This document shows positions 1-10,013 of a stretch of 64,000 nucleotides of DNA, one piece after another. The stretch comes from an uncultured bacterium (GTDB taxonomy: Bacteria > Verrucomicrobiota > Verrucomicrobiia > Limisphaerales > UBA8199), in contig CAVVMW010000022.1 in NCBI GenBank assembly GCA_963749495.1, positions 480,001-544,000 of the forward strand, given 5' to 3'. Both the position numbers and the translations under genes were made by a program. The notes beneath the pieces were generated by a model, which saw only the letters and a list, made by a program, of their open reading frames with translations, was not told where the DNA came from and ran no database searches. Every line of letters begins with the position of its first letter. The stretch's first letter is position 1.

Positions 1-5
1 GCCTC

Positions 6-56
6 GTCCGCGCGGCTCTGCCCGCAAAAGACGCGCGGACGGGGCGTCCGCGCTCC
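6..56. repeat. REP-like palindromic element (GTCCGCGCG...CGCGCGGAC)
   Basis: Inverted repeat gtccgcgcg / cgcgcggac followed by a further gtccgcgc copy. Confidence 0.5.
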
Positions 57-162
57 TATGCGCGACCTGAACAGTTACGCAGAAAGAAGAACAGGCGAAA
101 ACAAGCACATCAACGGTGTAATGGCAAATCGCAAGCAGTTGATCGAACGCATTTCTGCCTTT

Positions 163-363
163 ATGAAACCCAATACCATCTTCCAGCACCAAGACCAAAA
201 GCCGGCCAGTGCATCAAGGCCAACTCCAGTTGTTGCGGACTTAAACCAAGGGGCGAGTGATTTTGTGCCGTCACCAGATGAAGTTGCCAGAGGTGTCAAC
301 CAATTGAGATGGGAACGAGCATTCTCTGACCCGAATGACATTGACCTCGTGCGGACTGTTTGA
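163..363 (+). pseudogene. Possible truncated DUF2934-like small protein remnant
   Basis: MKPNT...DFVPSPDEVAR resembles the lead-in to DUF2934 motifs, but the sequence diverges afterwards; recognised from memory only. Confidence 0.25.
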
Positions 364-529
364 CAGTGTTCTTTTGGGCTGGCCGCGCGGACAGGATATT
401 CACCCAGGGCCGGCGTGTTCACTTTCTGTCCGAGGAGCTTCTGGCCGAGCTTCTGGACCAGTTGTTTACGCCGAGGGTTTGATGGAGTCAATTTGCTGTG
501 GCCTAAAAGGCTGCTGAAAGGGTTACGCA

Positions 530-1162
530 ATGAATGCCAACGCATGGGTCGGTGAAATGAGTGCTCCTCTGGCTGTCGCACTGGGGCTCCTCACATGTTT
601 TCTCGGATATCGCCTTCTTAAGTTCACCTTGGGCATTATGGGGTTCGTTGCTGGCGCGAGTGGAGGATGGGCCGTCGGGTTGTCCTTGGAGCCGGGCAAC
701 AACGGGATCGCGCTCGTGTGTGCCGTCATCGGGGCGGCCATTGGTGCCGTCCTCTATATTTGGCTATTTTATCTCGGCATCTTCCTGTTGGGCGCGAGTG
801 CTGGAGCGGTCGTGGCTGCTGCCCTCTTCAATGCGGCCGGGAACCAACCACAACCAATTCCCGTTCTCGCCACTGCCATCGTTTTCGGAGTGCTCGCGCT
901 CGTGGCCCGCAAGTTCATGATTATCACGTCAACGGCCTTCGCTGGCTCTTACCTCGTAACGGCAGGCCTATTTCACTTGGCCGCCGGCCTTCAAAATCAT
1001 TCTCCGCTGTGGTTTAATCATGCTCAACCAGGTTCGGCCGGGAGTTGGGGTTATGTCGCGTTGGTTTTCTGGCTCATTCTTGGGCTGGCTGGCGTGAGTT
1101 TCCAAAATCGAGCACATCGAACAAAGGATCAGGCCACTCGTGACAAAGCGGAAGCTGCTTGA
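530..1162 (+). CDS. DUF4203 / TMEM198-like multi-pass membrane protein
   Basis: 210 aa, ~7 Gly-rich hydrophobic helices, CFLGYRL and TAFAGSY motifs. Confidence 0.75.
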   Translation: MNANAWVGEMSAPLAVALGLLTCFLGYRLLKFTLGIMGFVAGASGGWAVGLSLEPGNNGIALVCAVIGAAIGAVLYIWLFYLGIFLLGASAGAVVAAALFNAAGNQPQPIPVLATAIVFGVLALVARKFMIITSTAFAGSYLVTAGLFHLAAGLQNHSPLWFNHAQPGSAGSWGYVALVFWLILGLAGVSFQNRAHRTKDQATRDKAEAA

Positions 1163-1163
1163 A

Positions 1164-1652
1164 ATGGACCTGCCTGAAGCCAAAGGCACCTACATCCTGA
1201 TCGCCCAAGTGCTGCAGATGAAACGCCTGGACATCGGCAGCCTGGGCGAATGCGACATCATTCCAGGGTTTTACGCTTACGTGGGCAGTGCATTCGGTTG
1301 CGGGGGCATTCGCAGTCGTATCCACCATCACCTGGAATCAGCCGCCGAACCGCACTGGCACATCGATTATTTGCTCCAGGTTGCCGCTCCGATTGAGGTT
1401 TGGTACGCCACTGCCGGCAGGAAACTGGAACATCACTGGGCAGACCTGATGGACAATGCTCCCGGATTCCGCGTGACGATTCCCCGGTTTGGCTCCTCTG
1501 ACTATCACAGGAGCCGGACCAGTCACCTGTTCTTTTCCAAGGGCCGGCCTTCATTTGGCTGGTTTGAACAGCGGATCATGCAGAGCTTTGAAGGCGTGGA
1601 AGTGGAGCGGCATCAGATCCCGAGCGGCACTTCCACGGGTTTGGAGGCTTGA
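1164..1652 (+). CDS. GIY-YIG (DUF123/Uri superfamily) nuclease
   Basis: KGTYIL...YAYVGSAFGxGG..R..HH...HWHIDYLL, FGSSD, SHLF motifs. Confidence 0.85.
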   Translation: MDLPEAKGTYILIAQVLQMKRLDIGSLGECDIIPGFYAYVGSAFGCGGIRSRIHHHLESAAEPHWHIDYLLQVAAPIEVWYATAGRKLEHHWADLMDNAPGFRVTIPRFGSSDYHRSRTSHLFFSKGRPSFGWFEQRIMQSFEGVEVERHQIPSGTSTGLEA

Positions 1653-2225
1653 CATTTCGTAAACGAGCGCATTCAACTCCCTCCAAAGCCCGTCAGCAGG
1701 CAGTACTCCCGTCCGACGGTGACCATCGGCGCCACTGGCGCGCTGATCTGCGAGCGGCTGGGATTGAAGACAGGTTACCTCTGAAACTGCCTGAGTGATG
1801 CGGCTCAAGGCGAGCTGCCCAAACATGAGGTTTTCTCGAAACCGTTCAAAGTGGAGCCGGTTTACGAGATGTGGGAAACACCAGCGAGCTACCGGCGCTA
1901 TCCGGGAGGCGGCAGCCTGCCGCACACGCTCAAGGTCTGGCGAGTGCAGCAGATGCGCGACAAACAGTCCAATATAGTCCCGACGTATGGGGCTGTCGCA
2001 CCACCCTGGAAGCCAAGCGAAGCACCCGATACGGAAATCCTGGCGGCCGGCTATAACACCGGCAAGATGAACGGCGCCGTGGCTGTTGGGCGTCAGGCCA
2101 ACTTCCTCCAGTGGGGTTTTTCAGCCCCGCCCTCCAAGATGACCGACGCAGGACGCAATTTCTTTCTGAACTCCGTCTGCTACATCGCCAAGTTCCACGG
2201 CAAGACACCCGGCTCTGGAAGGTGA
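1653..2225 (+). CDS. 5'-truncated hypothetical protein with in-frame TGA in a U-x-C context (putative selenoprotein remnant)
   Basis: Open frame ...YSRPTVTIGATGALICERLGLKTGYL-TGA(1782)-NCLSDAAQGELPKHEVFSKPFKV runs into the 1851..2225 ORF; no obvious start for the upstream part. Confidence 0.55.
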
Positions 2226-2474
2226 TGGTCGAGGCAGAGGGAATCGGGTGGCGTAGCTGAGGAGGACGATCAGCAGCGGGAATATGAGGCCGAACGCCAG
2301 CATGAAGACCTGATTGGCGGAACGGCTCATCCATCCATTTGGCTCACCGTGGGCGCTGAAATGGGTCGCCACACTCTCGGGCAACTGTGAAGGAGCCCAA
2401 GCCCAGAACCGCAGGAAGCCGGCGTAGAGGAGGGCCAGGATTATTGACGGGGTACGCAGTCACAGATTGCCCAT
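2121..2474 (-). pseudogene. DUF1648 membrane protein remnant
   Basis: MGNL*LRTPSIILALLYAGF...QLPESVATHFSAHGEPNGWMSR (DUF1648 LP..VA.HF...G.PNGW motif); early in-frame TGA and 3' truncation. Confidence 0.6.
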
Positions 2475-2641
2475 GTGCCGGTTGATTGTGGTGTATGAGA
2501 GCTGATCCTGCACCATTGCCAGCAAGAACGGGCGCATGGTCTGGACGATCTCCTTGCCGAGACGGATGTCCGAATCAATCGAGTTCCTGGTGTCACGGCG
2601 AAAACGCCCCTCAGAGAGGTGGGGTTGGCAGACCTGAATTG

Positions 2642-3319
2642 TCAGGCCCGGCGCGAAAAGCGTCGAGGGTGAACGACATCAATGATCCCGCTCTGGCTCT
2701 TGATTAGGCTGGCCCGAATGGCCTCAGCTTGAATGTCGTACTTTGGGCTCAAGAACAAAAGCATGTTTTGCGCGTACCACCAGGCGACTTTCGGATTGTT
2801 CCAGATCCGGGGCCGGATGCAATCGCTTGCCCTGAAACCGTGGCGCTGGAACAGCCGGATCCAGTAACTTTGCCATTGTTCGTTGATGTGGTTTGTCCCG
2901 CCTTGACCCGGAACCGCCGCTGAGAAGACGACGGCGGGCGCCAGCGAAATCAGCGAATTCACGAGGCTCCTCGCGCACTTGGGCGGAAGATGCTCCGCAA
3001 CCTCCAGGCAAAGGCAGAGGTCGAATCGCCGGCCGAGCTTGAGCGGTGTCGTCAAATCTCGAACCCCAAATCGGCTTCGGGGTACTCGCAAGGCCGCTGG
3101 ATCAATGTAGCTTCCATCTATCCCCTGCACGTCCAGGACTCCATTGTCCATGAATACACGAAGCCAACGGCCGGTTCCGCAGCCAACGTCCACGACGCTC
3201 CGGCATCGGGTCATGGCCATGAGAGCCGGGACGATTTCGAGAGCCGACCTGCTGGAAGAATCATCGAGCCTGGAGAAAAACTCCTCGCCGTATGGAGCTT
3301 TACGGGAACCTGGATTCAT
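2642..3319 (-). CDS. Class I SAM-dependent methyltransferase (glycan-cluster type)
   Basis: VVDVGCGTGRW motif I, FDLCLCLEVAEHL, FSAAVPGQGGTNHINEQ. Confidence 0.85.
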   Translation of the reverse strand: MNPGSRKAPYGEEFFSRLDDSSSRSALEIVPALMAMTRCRSVVDVGCGTGRWLRVFMDNGVLDVQGIDGSYIDPAALRVPRSRFGVRDLTTPLKLGRRFDLCLCLEVAEHLPPKCARSLVNSLISLAPAVVFSAAVPGQGGTNHINEQWQSYWIRLFQRHGFRASDCIRPRIWNNPKVAWWYAQNMLLFLSPKYDIQAEAIRASLIKSQSGIIDVVHPRRFSRRA

Positions 3320-3555
3320 GCAACAGGCCACGTGCTCATCAAATCACGACCATAATGCGACTGGCACCGGAGAGTCAAGCAGGATTCAGGTTTACCCAGG
3401 GCCTGACCCGGGGCTGCTTTCATCCAGTGCCCCGAACCGGGCACGAGGTCCTCAAGTGGCTTCCACCTTTATGTACGTCCCCCAAAGGCCCGATCTTGCG
3501 GGAGAAGGAGTTCGGGTTGAGCCATGGCGGATTAGTTTGATGTCCTTTCCAGACA

Positions 3556-6500
3556 TCACTTCCCGCTCTTCAGGTGCTCGCTGGCGCGGGCCAATCGCTC
3601 GCGCAATGCGAGATCCTGGGGGCGGATCGCCAGGAGTTGTTTCAGGTGGAAGGTCGCCGCGGACCACTGAAGCTCGAGTTCACTCTCTTGGGCCTCAAAC
3701 TCATGCCATGCTGCAATTTCGCTGGTAGTCGTCGTGAAGTCAGCAGGATATGCCGTCCGTAGCCCTCGCCAGAGCGCCTCAAGCGATGCCACGGGCGTTG
3801 AATTCAACTCATTATGAGCGGTAAGCGTCTCGCCGCCCAGCAGCCGGCCCAGTTTCGCGAGGTCCTCCACCGGTCTGTTGTCCACTGGCAACCGCCAAAT
3901 CCAAGCATCGCCTCGCCTGTTCGAGGTGACTATCCGACGCCCATCGGCCAGGAACCTCGCGCTGACGAGTGCGGCGGTGTGCCGCATGGGAGGGGTCAAC
4001 GGGTCGCCGGTTTCTGCGCTCCAAACCCGCGCCGTCTTGTCTGCACTGGCGGTCAGAATCCATTTGCCATCCGCGCTAAAAACTGCCGTCTGCACTTGAG
4101 CTTCATGCCGCAGTGCAGGAGCGACGTGCCGGCCGGTGACGGCGTCCCATATCACGGCTGTGAAATCCTCGCTGGCAGTAACGACTCGACTGCCGTCCGG
4201 GCTGAAAGACACGAAGAGAACGCCATCGCCGTGCTGGAGTTTCTTGCCGATAGGTTTGCCGCTGCCCGCATCCCAAACCTGGGCAAAGCACTTGGTGAAC
4301 AGCGGGTCGCTGCAGCACGTGACAAGCCGCGATCCGTCCGGGCTGAATTCGGCGTACTGGGCTGGCGCGGGGTGTTGCAGCGGAGCCAGAACCGGGCGGC
4401 CGCTGGCCAGGTCCCACACATGCACTTGGGCGCCACTACTGACCGCGATACGGTCGCCGTCATGGCTAAATCCAACCGAGGTAACGGGTGCTTCGTGGAG
4501 CAACGGCGGGCAGAGCCGGGTACCCGTTGAGGTGCTCCATGATTGCACAAGCTTGTCTCCGAACGTTATCAGGTGTCGGCCGTCATCACTCATTAAGATT
4601 CCGGTCGGCGAATTGGACAACATAATACCTGGCCCAACGGTTCGGCCGGCGGCAATCTCCCATACCTGCAACAGCCGGGTTGTTTCCATCAACCCGGCGC
4701 CCGGGATGGAGATGCTCGCAACAAAGTGGCCGTTGCGGTTCATCTGTGCTCTCTCCAGAGGCTTGCCCAGGCCGAGCCTGGAGCTGAGCGCCTTGCCGGA
4801 GGTCGAATCCTTAACTTGAAAGCTGTTGCTGTCCACCATCATCAACCGGTTGCCGTCCTGGTCGACCGAGAATCGCGCTGGCAGAACCGGAACAGTGCTC
4901 CCGGCCAGGTCCCAGATTCGCACAGAGCCATCAGTGCAAGTCGTGAGTATTCGCCGGCCGTCGTGACTGAAGCACGCATGGGTTAGCCGCTCGCCATGCC
5001 TCAGGATGGGGTTGGAGCCCAGCGGTTGCAGATCGTTTGCACGCCAAAGGCGCGCGGTCCCATCCAGACTGGCCGTCAGGATAAGACGGCCGTCTGGACT
5101 GAACTCCACGCTCTGCACCCCATCGCCGTGATTCAGATCAGGCAAGATCCGCTTGCCAGTCGCCACCTCCCAGAGTCGTGCCTTGCGATCGAGGCATGCG
5201 GTGGCAAGCGTTTGGCCGTCCGGGCTGAAAGCGGCACAAGTCACCCAACTTCCATGTGGCAACGCAGGGCCCTCACGGCGACCGTCCAGCGCATTCCACA
5301 GGCGCACGGTTTTGTCGTAGCTGGTGGTGACGATGTGCCGGCCATCAGGGCTGAAAGAAGCAAATCGCACTGCATCATTATGTCCCTTGAGCATCAGGAC
5401 CATCTGGCCGGTCTGCACGTCCCAAATTCGCGCCACTTTGTCCATGCAGGAACTGACTAGCCGAAGTCCGTCAGGGCTGAACGTCGCAGAGAAGACTAGG
5501 GCGGGGTGCGGGAGATGGTGGACTTCCTCGAGACTGGCGATATCCCAAATACAGACGCTTCCACTCTGATTCGCAGTTGCCACGAAACGGCCAGTGGGGC
5601 TAAAAGCAGCGCTGAACAACCCGTCCTGGTGGCCGAATGGATGAGAATACAATTCATCGCTCCGGAAGTCATAGATCTCAGCTTTGCCGCACAATCGAGC
5701 GATGATCATCGTTTGATCATCCGGGCTGAATTCACCGTCATCCACCTCCGCACCGAATGAGTGAATCGCCGTTAGCTTTGGGCATTGGGCCAGAGCAGAA
5801 CCGAAGCGCAGGCGATGCATTACCCCCCGTTCCGAGGTCCTCCCATCCACCCGCAATGCCTCCACGAAATAGGGCAATGCCCCAAGCAGGTCTCCCGATT
5901 GCACGGCCTGGTTGCCGTACGCGACGCTCGCACCCACCTGGCGTTGGCGTGTATCCTTGGCCCGCTCCCACTCGCGATAAACCTGGTAAAGGACTGCCCC
6001 CAGGACCGCGACTATCAGGAATGCGCTTGCACCCACGCGTTTCAGCGTCTTCAACTGCCGCTCGAGTAGCCTCAGGCGCCTGACGGACTTTCCGTTTTCC
6101 AGGACCACCATGTCGGCGTGCATCTCCGAGGCCGACTGATACCGTCTGCCTGGTTCATTCATGCACGCCCGGAGGATCACCTCGTTGAGTTCCCTCAAGC
6201 CCTCGTGTTCCGGCGACTTGTCCCAGAGTGTCGGCAGTTCGGGAAACTCTTGCCGATCCTTTCCTGTGCTGGCCTCATAGAGCACCTTGCCCAAGCTATA
6301 GATATCGGCCTGCGGTGTCCCAGGACCTTCAGGAGGAATGAATCCTTCGGTTCCGACAAAAGAGTGGGCCTCTTTCACTTGGGCCACAAGGCCGATGTCC
6401 GCCAGCTTCGGCACGCCATTAACGAAAATGATGTTCGACGGCTTCACGTCGCGGTGCACCAAACCATGTTTGTGTAAATCCGACAGGGCGTCGCTCAGCG

Positions 6501-6924
6501 CGAGCCCTAGTTTCAGACAATCGCGGAACGGCAGGCCCTTTTTCGGCGAGATTACTTTGGCGAGGGTCCTCGGTGAATACTGCTCGGGGTCAATGTCCTG
6601 TCCGGACGCCTGGTCGTCGCCCAACTCCATGACATAATAAAAATATCCCTCCTCCTCGTTGATTCCCACGTGCAGCACATCAACAAAACCTTCATGGAGA
6701 CGCGAGATCGGCTCAAAGCTCCGGATGCCGGATACTTCGCGTTCGAACGGGCGCGTATCCTGAAAAGCCTTCCGATAGACGATCTTCACGGCCCGATACA
6801 CTCCCATCATGTTCCGAGCCAGCCAAACGTCCCCATAACTGCCCTGGCCAATTCGCTTGAGCAGTTGGTGGTCGGGAACTAAAGGCGACTGGGGAGGCTC
6901 AACGTGCTCAGTGCTGGCGCTCAT
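3556..6924 (-). CDS. Hanks-type Ser/Thr protein kinase with TM segment and WD40 beta-propellers
   Basis: IGQGSYGDV, AVK, HRDVKPSN, DIG, GTEGFIPPE; more than 10 H...V..A.FSPDG...T.S.D..AR.W repeats. Confidence 0.95.
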   Translation of the reverse strand: MSASTEHVEPPQSPLVPDHQLLKRIGQGSYGDVWLARNMMGVYRAVKIVYRKAFQDTRPFEREVSGIRSFEPISRLHEGFVDVLHVGINEEEGYFYYVMELGDDQASGQDIDPEQYSPRTLAKVISPKKGLPFRDCLKLGLALSDALSDLHKHGLVHRDVKPSNIIFVNGVPKLADIGLVAQVKEAHSFVGTEGFIPPEGPGTPQADIYSLGKVLYEASTGKDRQEFPELPTLWDKSPEHEGLRELNEVILRACMNEPGRRYQSASEMHADMVVLENGKSVRRLRLLERQLKTLKRVGASAFLIVAVLGAVLYQVYREWERAKDTRQRQVGASVAYGNQAVQSGDLLGALPYFVEALRVDGRTSERGVMHRLRFGSALAQCPKLTAIHSFGAEVDDGEFSPDDQTMIIARLCGKAEIYDFRSDELYSHPFGHQDGLFSAAFSPTGRFVATANQSGSVCIWDIASLEEVHHLPHPALVFSATFSPDGLRLVSSCMDKVARIWDVQTGQMVLMLKGHNDAVRFASFSPDGRHIVTTSYDKTVRLWNALDGRREGPALPHGSWVTCAAFSPDGQTLATACLDRKARLWEVATGKRILPDLNHGDGVQSVEFSPDGRLILTASLDGTARLWRANDLQPLGSNPILRHGERLTHACFSHDGRRILTTCTDGSVRIWDLAGSTVPVLPARFSVDQDGNRLMMVDSNSFQVKDSTSGKALSSRLGLGKPLERAQMNRNGHFVASISIPGAGLMETTRLLQVWEIAAGRTVGPGIMLSNSPTGILMSDDGRHLITFGDKLVQSWSTSTGTRLCPPLLHEAPVTSVGFSHDGDRIAVSSGAQVHVWDLASGRPVLAPLQHPAPAQYAEFSPDGSRLVTCCSDPLFTKCFAQVWDAGSGKPIGKKLQHGDGVLFVSFSPDGSRVVTASEDFTAVIWDAVTGRHVAPALRHEAQVQTAVFSADGKWILTASADKTARVWSAETGDPLTPPMRHTAALVSARFLADGRRIVTSNRRGDAWIWRLPVDNRPVEDLAKLGRLLGGETLTAHNELNSTPVASLEALWRGLRTAYPADFTTTTSEIAAWHEFEAQESELELQWSAATFHLKQLLAIRPQDLALRERLARASEHLKSGK

Positions 6925-7132
6925 GCGGGTTGGCGTGGGCTGCGGTTCATAAACGGGCGTTCATTGGTCGGTTCCGAACAACACTGGATCGAGGTGGATT
7001 AAAGCCCACGAAAGGAATCCGTGCAACTCATTTTCCGCGCCTGCTTTCCACGCCCGATCCCGACCCCTGCCCGGCAGTGCACACCCCACCGACCCAACCC
7101 GTGGACGAACGGCTGCCCGACATGCTGCAGGC

Positions 7133-9691
7133 TTATGCCCGCCAGTCCGGATCGAAATCTGTCGCTTGATGAAACCTTCCGCCCCAGACGCTTCGGGCGC
7201 CGATGTGCTGGACCAGCGAGGGGGCATGATAAAGAACGGGCCTTCCCAACCGCCCAGCCAGGCGAGAGATTTTTATGTCCTGCTTGCCGGCTACTTCGCT
7301 CCAGTGCCGAACCAAGTAATCCAGTGCCTCCCTAGAAAGGAGAAAGGCCTGGCTGCCAAACACGGACTTCGGATGGACGATGCGGGCGTTGCTTCCAACG
7401 TCGCAGGCCAGTTCTCGAACTCCCGGGTTGTACAAGCTTGCCAAGGTGATCGTCCGACTCCGCAACGGACCCCAGTCCTTCAGGTTGTGGCAAATGTGCC
7501 GGTTGAAAGCGAGGTCATCTTCAAGGAAGAGCACGTACTCGGCGCTGCGCCCAAGGCATTGCCTCAACGCGAGCAAAGCGCAGCGGGTCTGCCTCTGCTC
7601 ATGATCAGTGCCCTTGTCCTCGTCCATCTGGAAAGCGAGCGGCGTTTCGCCCCAATCGGTTTTGGTGAGATTCTCCAAGGTCCGGCCCAGCATCTCAGCG
7701 CGTTCGGGGCACGAAATGATGACGCCCTCGATGTTCGCTGGCTTCCTTCTTGGTCGTGATGACCCTCTCAATCCCCTTCTCGCGTGCGGACCGATTGAAC
7801 CGCTCCAGCCGCGCCGCAATTCAACGAGGTAATCGAGGCACTCCTTTTCGAACCAGAAATCCTCTATCTGTCGATTATTCGGAAACAAGTCCCACTTGGC
7901 AGTGTTGCGATGCTGAAAAATCCGCGCGCCGCCAGGATCATGCTGGCACATCGCTCCCTCCAGCGGATGAACTGGCTGCCGGACCAGGAAATAGCTCTGC
8001 CTCAATTTTCGAAAAGCCAGGTGAAAGGTCTCCTTGTCTCCGTACACATATTGATAATAGAGCGCCGAATTCTCGTTGAACCACATGGTCAGGCACAGAG
8101 CAGCCCAGCGGCGCTGCTTGTCCACCACAATCTGGCCGGTTTCAAATTCCCCGTCACTGGGTGTTCGCAATCCGCAGCTCCTCCAAATGACTTTGGCTTT
8201 GGGATTAATTGCGTGGCCGAGATCAGGCCAGAAGATTGCTCCGGTTTCCCTAAACTGGGGTGTATCGAACAGAAACTCGGGATCCACGACCGGCACATTG
8301 TCCGCATCCAGCAGCAGAACTTCACGGAAAGATGATTGGATAATCGCAAAGGGCTTCAGTTCCCACCCCTTCAAAGCCCGAGCCGCAAACCGCCTCCTGC
8401 GTTTCGCCGCGTCGACGCATTTCACGCCAAGAGGAGCCACAAGCGCCTTCATCGCCCCGTCCAACTCGCTTTCCCCCGAGTACCACAGTTCGACAGGCAG
8501 GCGGCAGCCCAGGCGCCTTAGCATATTGATGCAGACCCAGGCGCCGGTGAAGTATCGGACTCCACCGCCACAGATTACGATTCCACGGCCATCGAAACGC
8601 TCGGGATATGCAGGGATGCTGCCGATAAATCGGTCGCACGCCGTCCCTGCAGCCTGCAGATTCAGCGATTGCCTGTCGTATGGATTTCTGGCTGCGGCCC
8701 TCACGCCGGAGCAGGCTGCCGGCCGTTGATGCGGCGTGAGGTATTTGAGCGCGCCGCCTTTGAAGTACAACTCTATGCGCTGAATGACTTCGGTTGGCGT
8801 AATCATGTCCATGCACCGCGGCAACCCATTGGTCACCCTCAGGCACCGGCGTTCGGCTCGGTCCCGCTTATCCCCATCTTTGAGCCGAAATGTGCGGTCC
8901 CTCCAACAGCCTCCCTTTCCGCAACAGGGGAGCGCGCCGTTGGTGTGGATGAACTGATGGTCTGGGTACGCCTCCCAATGCGCCGGTTCACGGCCCCCCG
9001 CCACCACGACGCACGGGCGGTTAACAGGCTGGCGATGTTTGGTCTCCACTGCCGCCGCCAGGTGCATCAAGCCTGTAATCGAACAGAGCACCCCCTGCGA
9101 GTGATAGACCAGTCGGACCAATTCGCGGAGGGTGGTGCGACCGCGCAGATCAATAGCCCCGTCGAGCTTGGGGTGGTAGTGTCCGCGCTGCCCCACCTGC
9201 ACAAACTGAATTCGACCTTGAAAGTGGTTGACCACCTCCTGATAACGCTCGGACTGCCACCATTTGATGGTGATGTCGTACTTGCCTCCGGCCGCCACAA
9301 TCCAAAAGGGCGTATCCTCCCCTGTGACTTCATGCACCTGCGAGTACCACGCCTTCTCCTGCTCGGAAAGGTGAATGTCGCCCTTGAAGGCGGTCGGCTT
9401 TATGGCAAGACGCAACCGTTCATTCAGGAACTCGATGAACCCATGGAGACAGTGGTAGGGCGCCAGGTTGCACCGGTCGATGAGAGGATAGGCGCAGTCA
9501 ATTGACTCAACCTCCGGATCCTCTTCGGACAGCGGAGCGATGTACGGATTGTTCTCCCAAAGAGCGCCGCAGGAGGTCCGCACGCCGGTTGCAAACTGTC
9601 CGGGATAGCAAAGGTGCAGGTCGCGGACTGCCGCCGTGAGCATCACGATGTCACCGAGCGAGAATCCGCACTTCAGGATCAGTTTCCGCAT
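7133..9691 (-). CDS. Three-domain glycosyltransferase: GT9-like + GT71 (Mannosyl_trans3)-like + GT-A (EDD) domain
   Basis: N-term LGDIVMLT...DLRGRTTLREL...TGLMHLAAA (GT9-like); middle RGIVICGG..LKPFAI..SSFREVLLLDADN..GAIFWPD..ETGQ..YGDKETF (GT71-like); C-term YVLFLEDD..GSQAFLLS..PSLVQHIG. Confidence 0.8.
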   Translation of the reverse strand: MRKLILKCGFSLGDIVMLTAAVRDLHLCYPGQFATGVRTSCGALWENNPYIAPLSEEDPEVESIDCAYPLIDRCNLAPYHCLHGFIEFLNERLRLAIKPTAFKGDIHLSEQEKAWYSQVHEVTGEDTPFWIVAAGGKYDITIKWWQSERYQEVVNHFQGRIQFVQVGQRGHYHPKLDGAIDLRGRTTLRELVRLVYHSQGVLCSITGLMHLAAAVETKHRQPVNRPCVVVAGGREPAHWEAYPDHQFIHTNGALPCCGKGGCWRDRTFRLKDGDKRDRAERRCLRVTNGLPRCMDMITPTEVIQRIELYFKGGALKYLTPHQRPAACSGVRAAARNPYDRQSLNLQAAGTACDRFIGSIPAYPERFDGRGIVICGGGVRYFTGAWVCINMLRRLGCRLPVELWYSGESELDGAMKALVAPLGVKCVDAAKRRRRFAARALKGWELKPFAIIQSSFREVLLLDADNVPVVDPEFLFDTPQFRETGAIFWPDLGHAINPKAKVIWRSCGLRTPSDGEFETGQIVVDKQRRWAALCLTMWFNENSALYYQYVYGDKETFHLAFRKLRQSYFLVRQPVHPLEGAMCQHDPGGARIFQHRNTAKWDLFPNNRQIEDFWFEKECLDYLVELRRGWSGSIGPHARRGLRGSSRPRRKPANIEGVIISCPERAEMLGRTLENLTKTDWGETPLAFQMDEDKGTDHEQRQTRCALLALRQCLGRSAEYVLFLEDDLAFNRHICHNLKDWGPLRSRTITLASLYNPGVRELACDVGSNARIVHPKSVFGSQAFLLSREALDYLVRHWSEVAGKQDIKISRLAGRLGRPVLYHAPSLVQHIGARSVWGGRFHQATDFDPDWRA

Positions 9692-9790
9692 CAACGGCAG
9701 AACAGGACAAAAACACACCTCTCCGGGATTCGTTCTGCGGCAAAAACAAAACGAATCGAGCCGCAGCGAACGATCGAGCTTTTTGTTGCG

Positions 9791-9967
9791 CTACTTTTTC
9801 GGCCGGATGGGCCCTTCCGGGCTTGGTGTCACCGGTGTCGGCGTAAAGCTGGGACTCGGAGAAGTACCCCCGGCTGCCAATGCCTGTTTGCCAGACGCTT
9901 TAGTGGCAGGTTTAGGGCTGAACCCAGGTTGGATCTGTTTCTTGCTCGGACTTTTGTCGTTGGTCAT
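9791..9967 (-). CDS. 58-aa peptide, Lys-rich N-terminus, Gly-Gly, then Ser/Thr/Pro-rich segment (absent from ORF track)
   Basis: My translation: MTNDKSPSKKQIQPGFSPKPATKASGKQALAAGGTSPSPSFTPTPVTPSPEGPIRPKK*; A-rich sequence before ATG; same strand as flanking genes. Confidence 0.55.
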   Translation of the reverse strand: MTNDKSPSKKQIQPGFSPKPATKASGKQALAAGGTSPSPSFTPTPVTPSPEGPIRPKK

Positions 9968-10013
9968 GTTTTTTTGATGGTGATGTTTTCTGGTGTCTCA
10001 GATTGGTGATCCT

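Noticed and set aside
2460..2462. TGA in the DUF1648 remnant as selenocysteine
   Set aside because: No Cys/redox context and the gene is also truncated; likely a nonsense mutation
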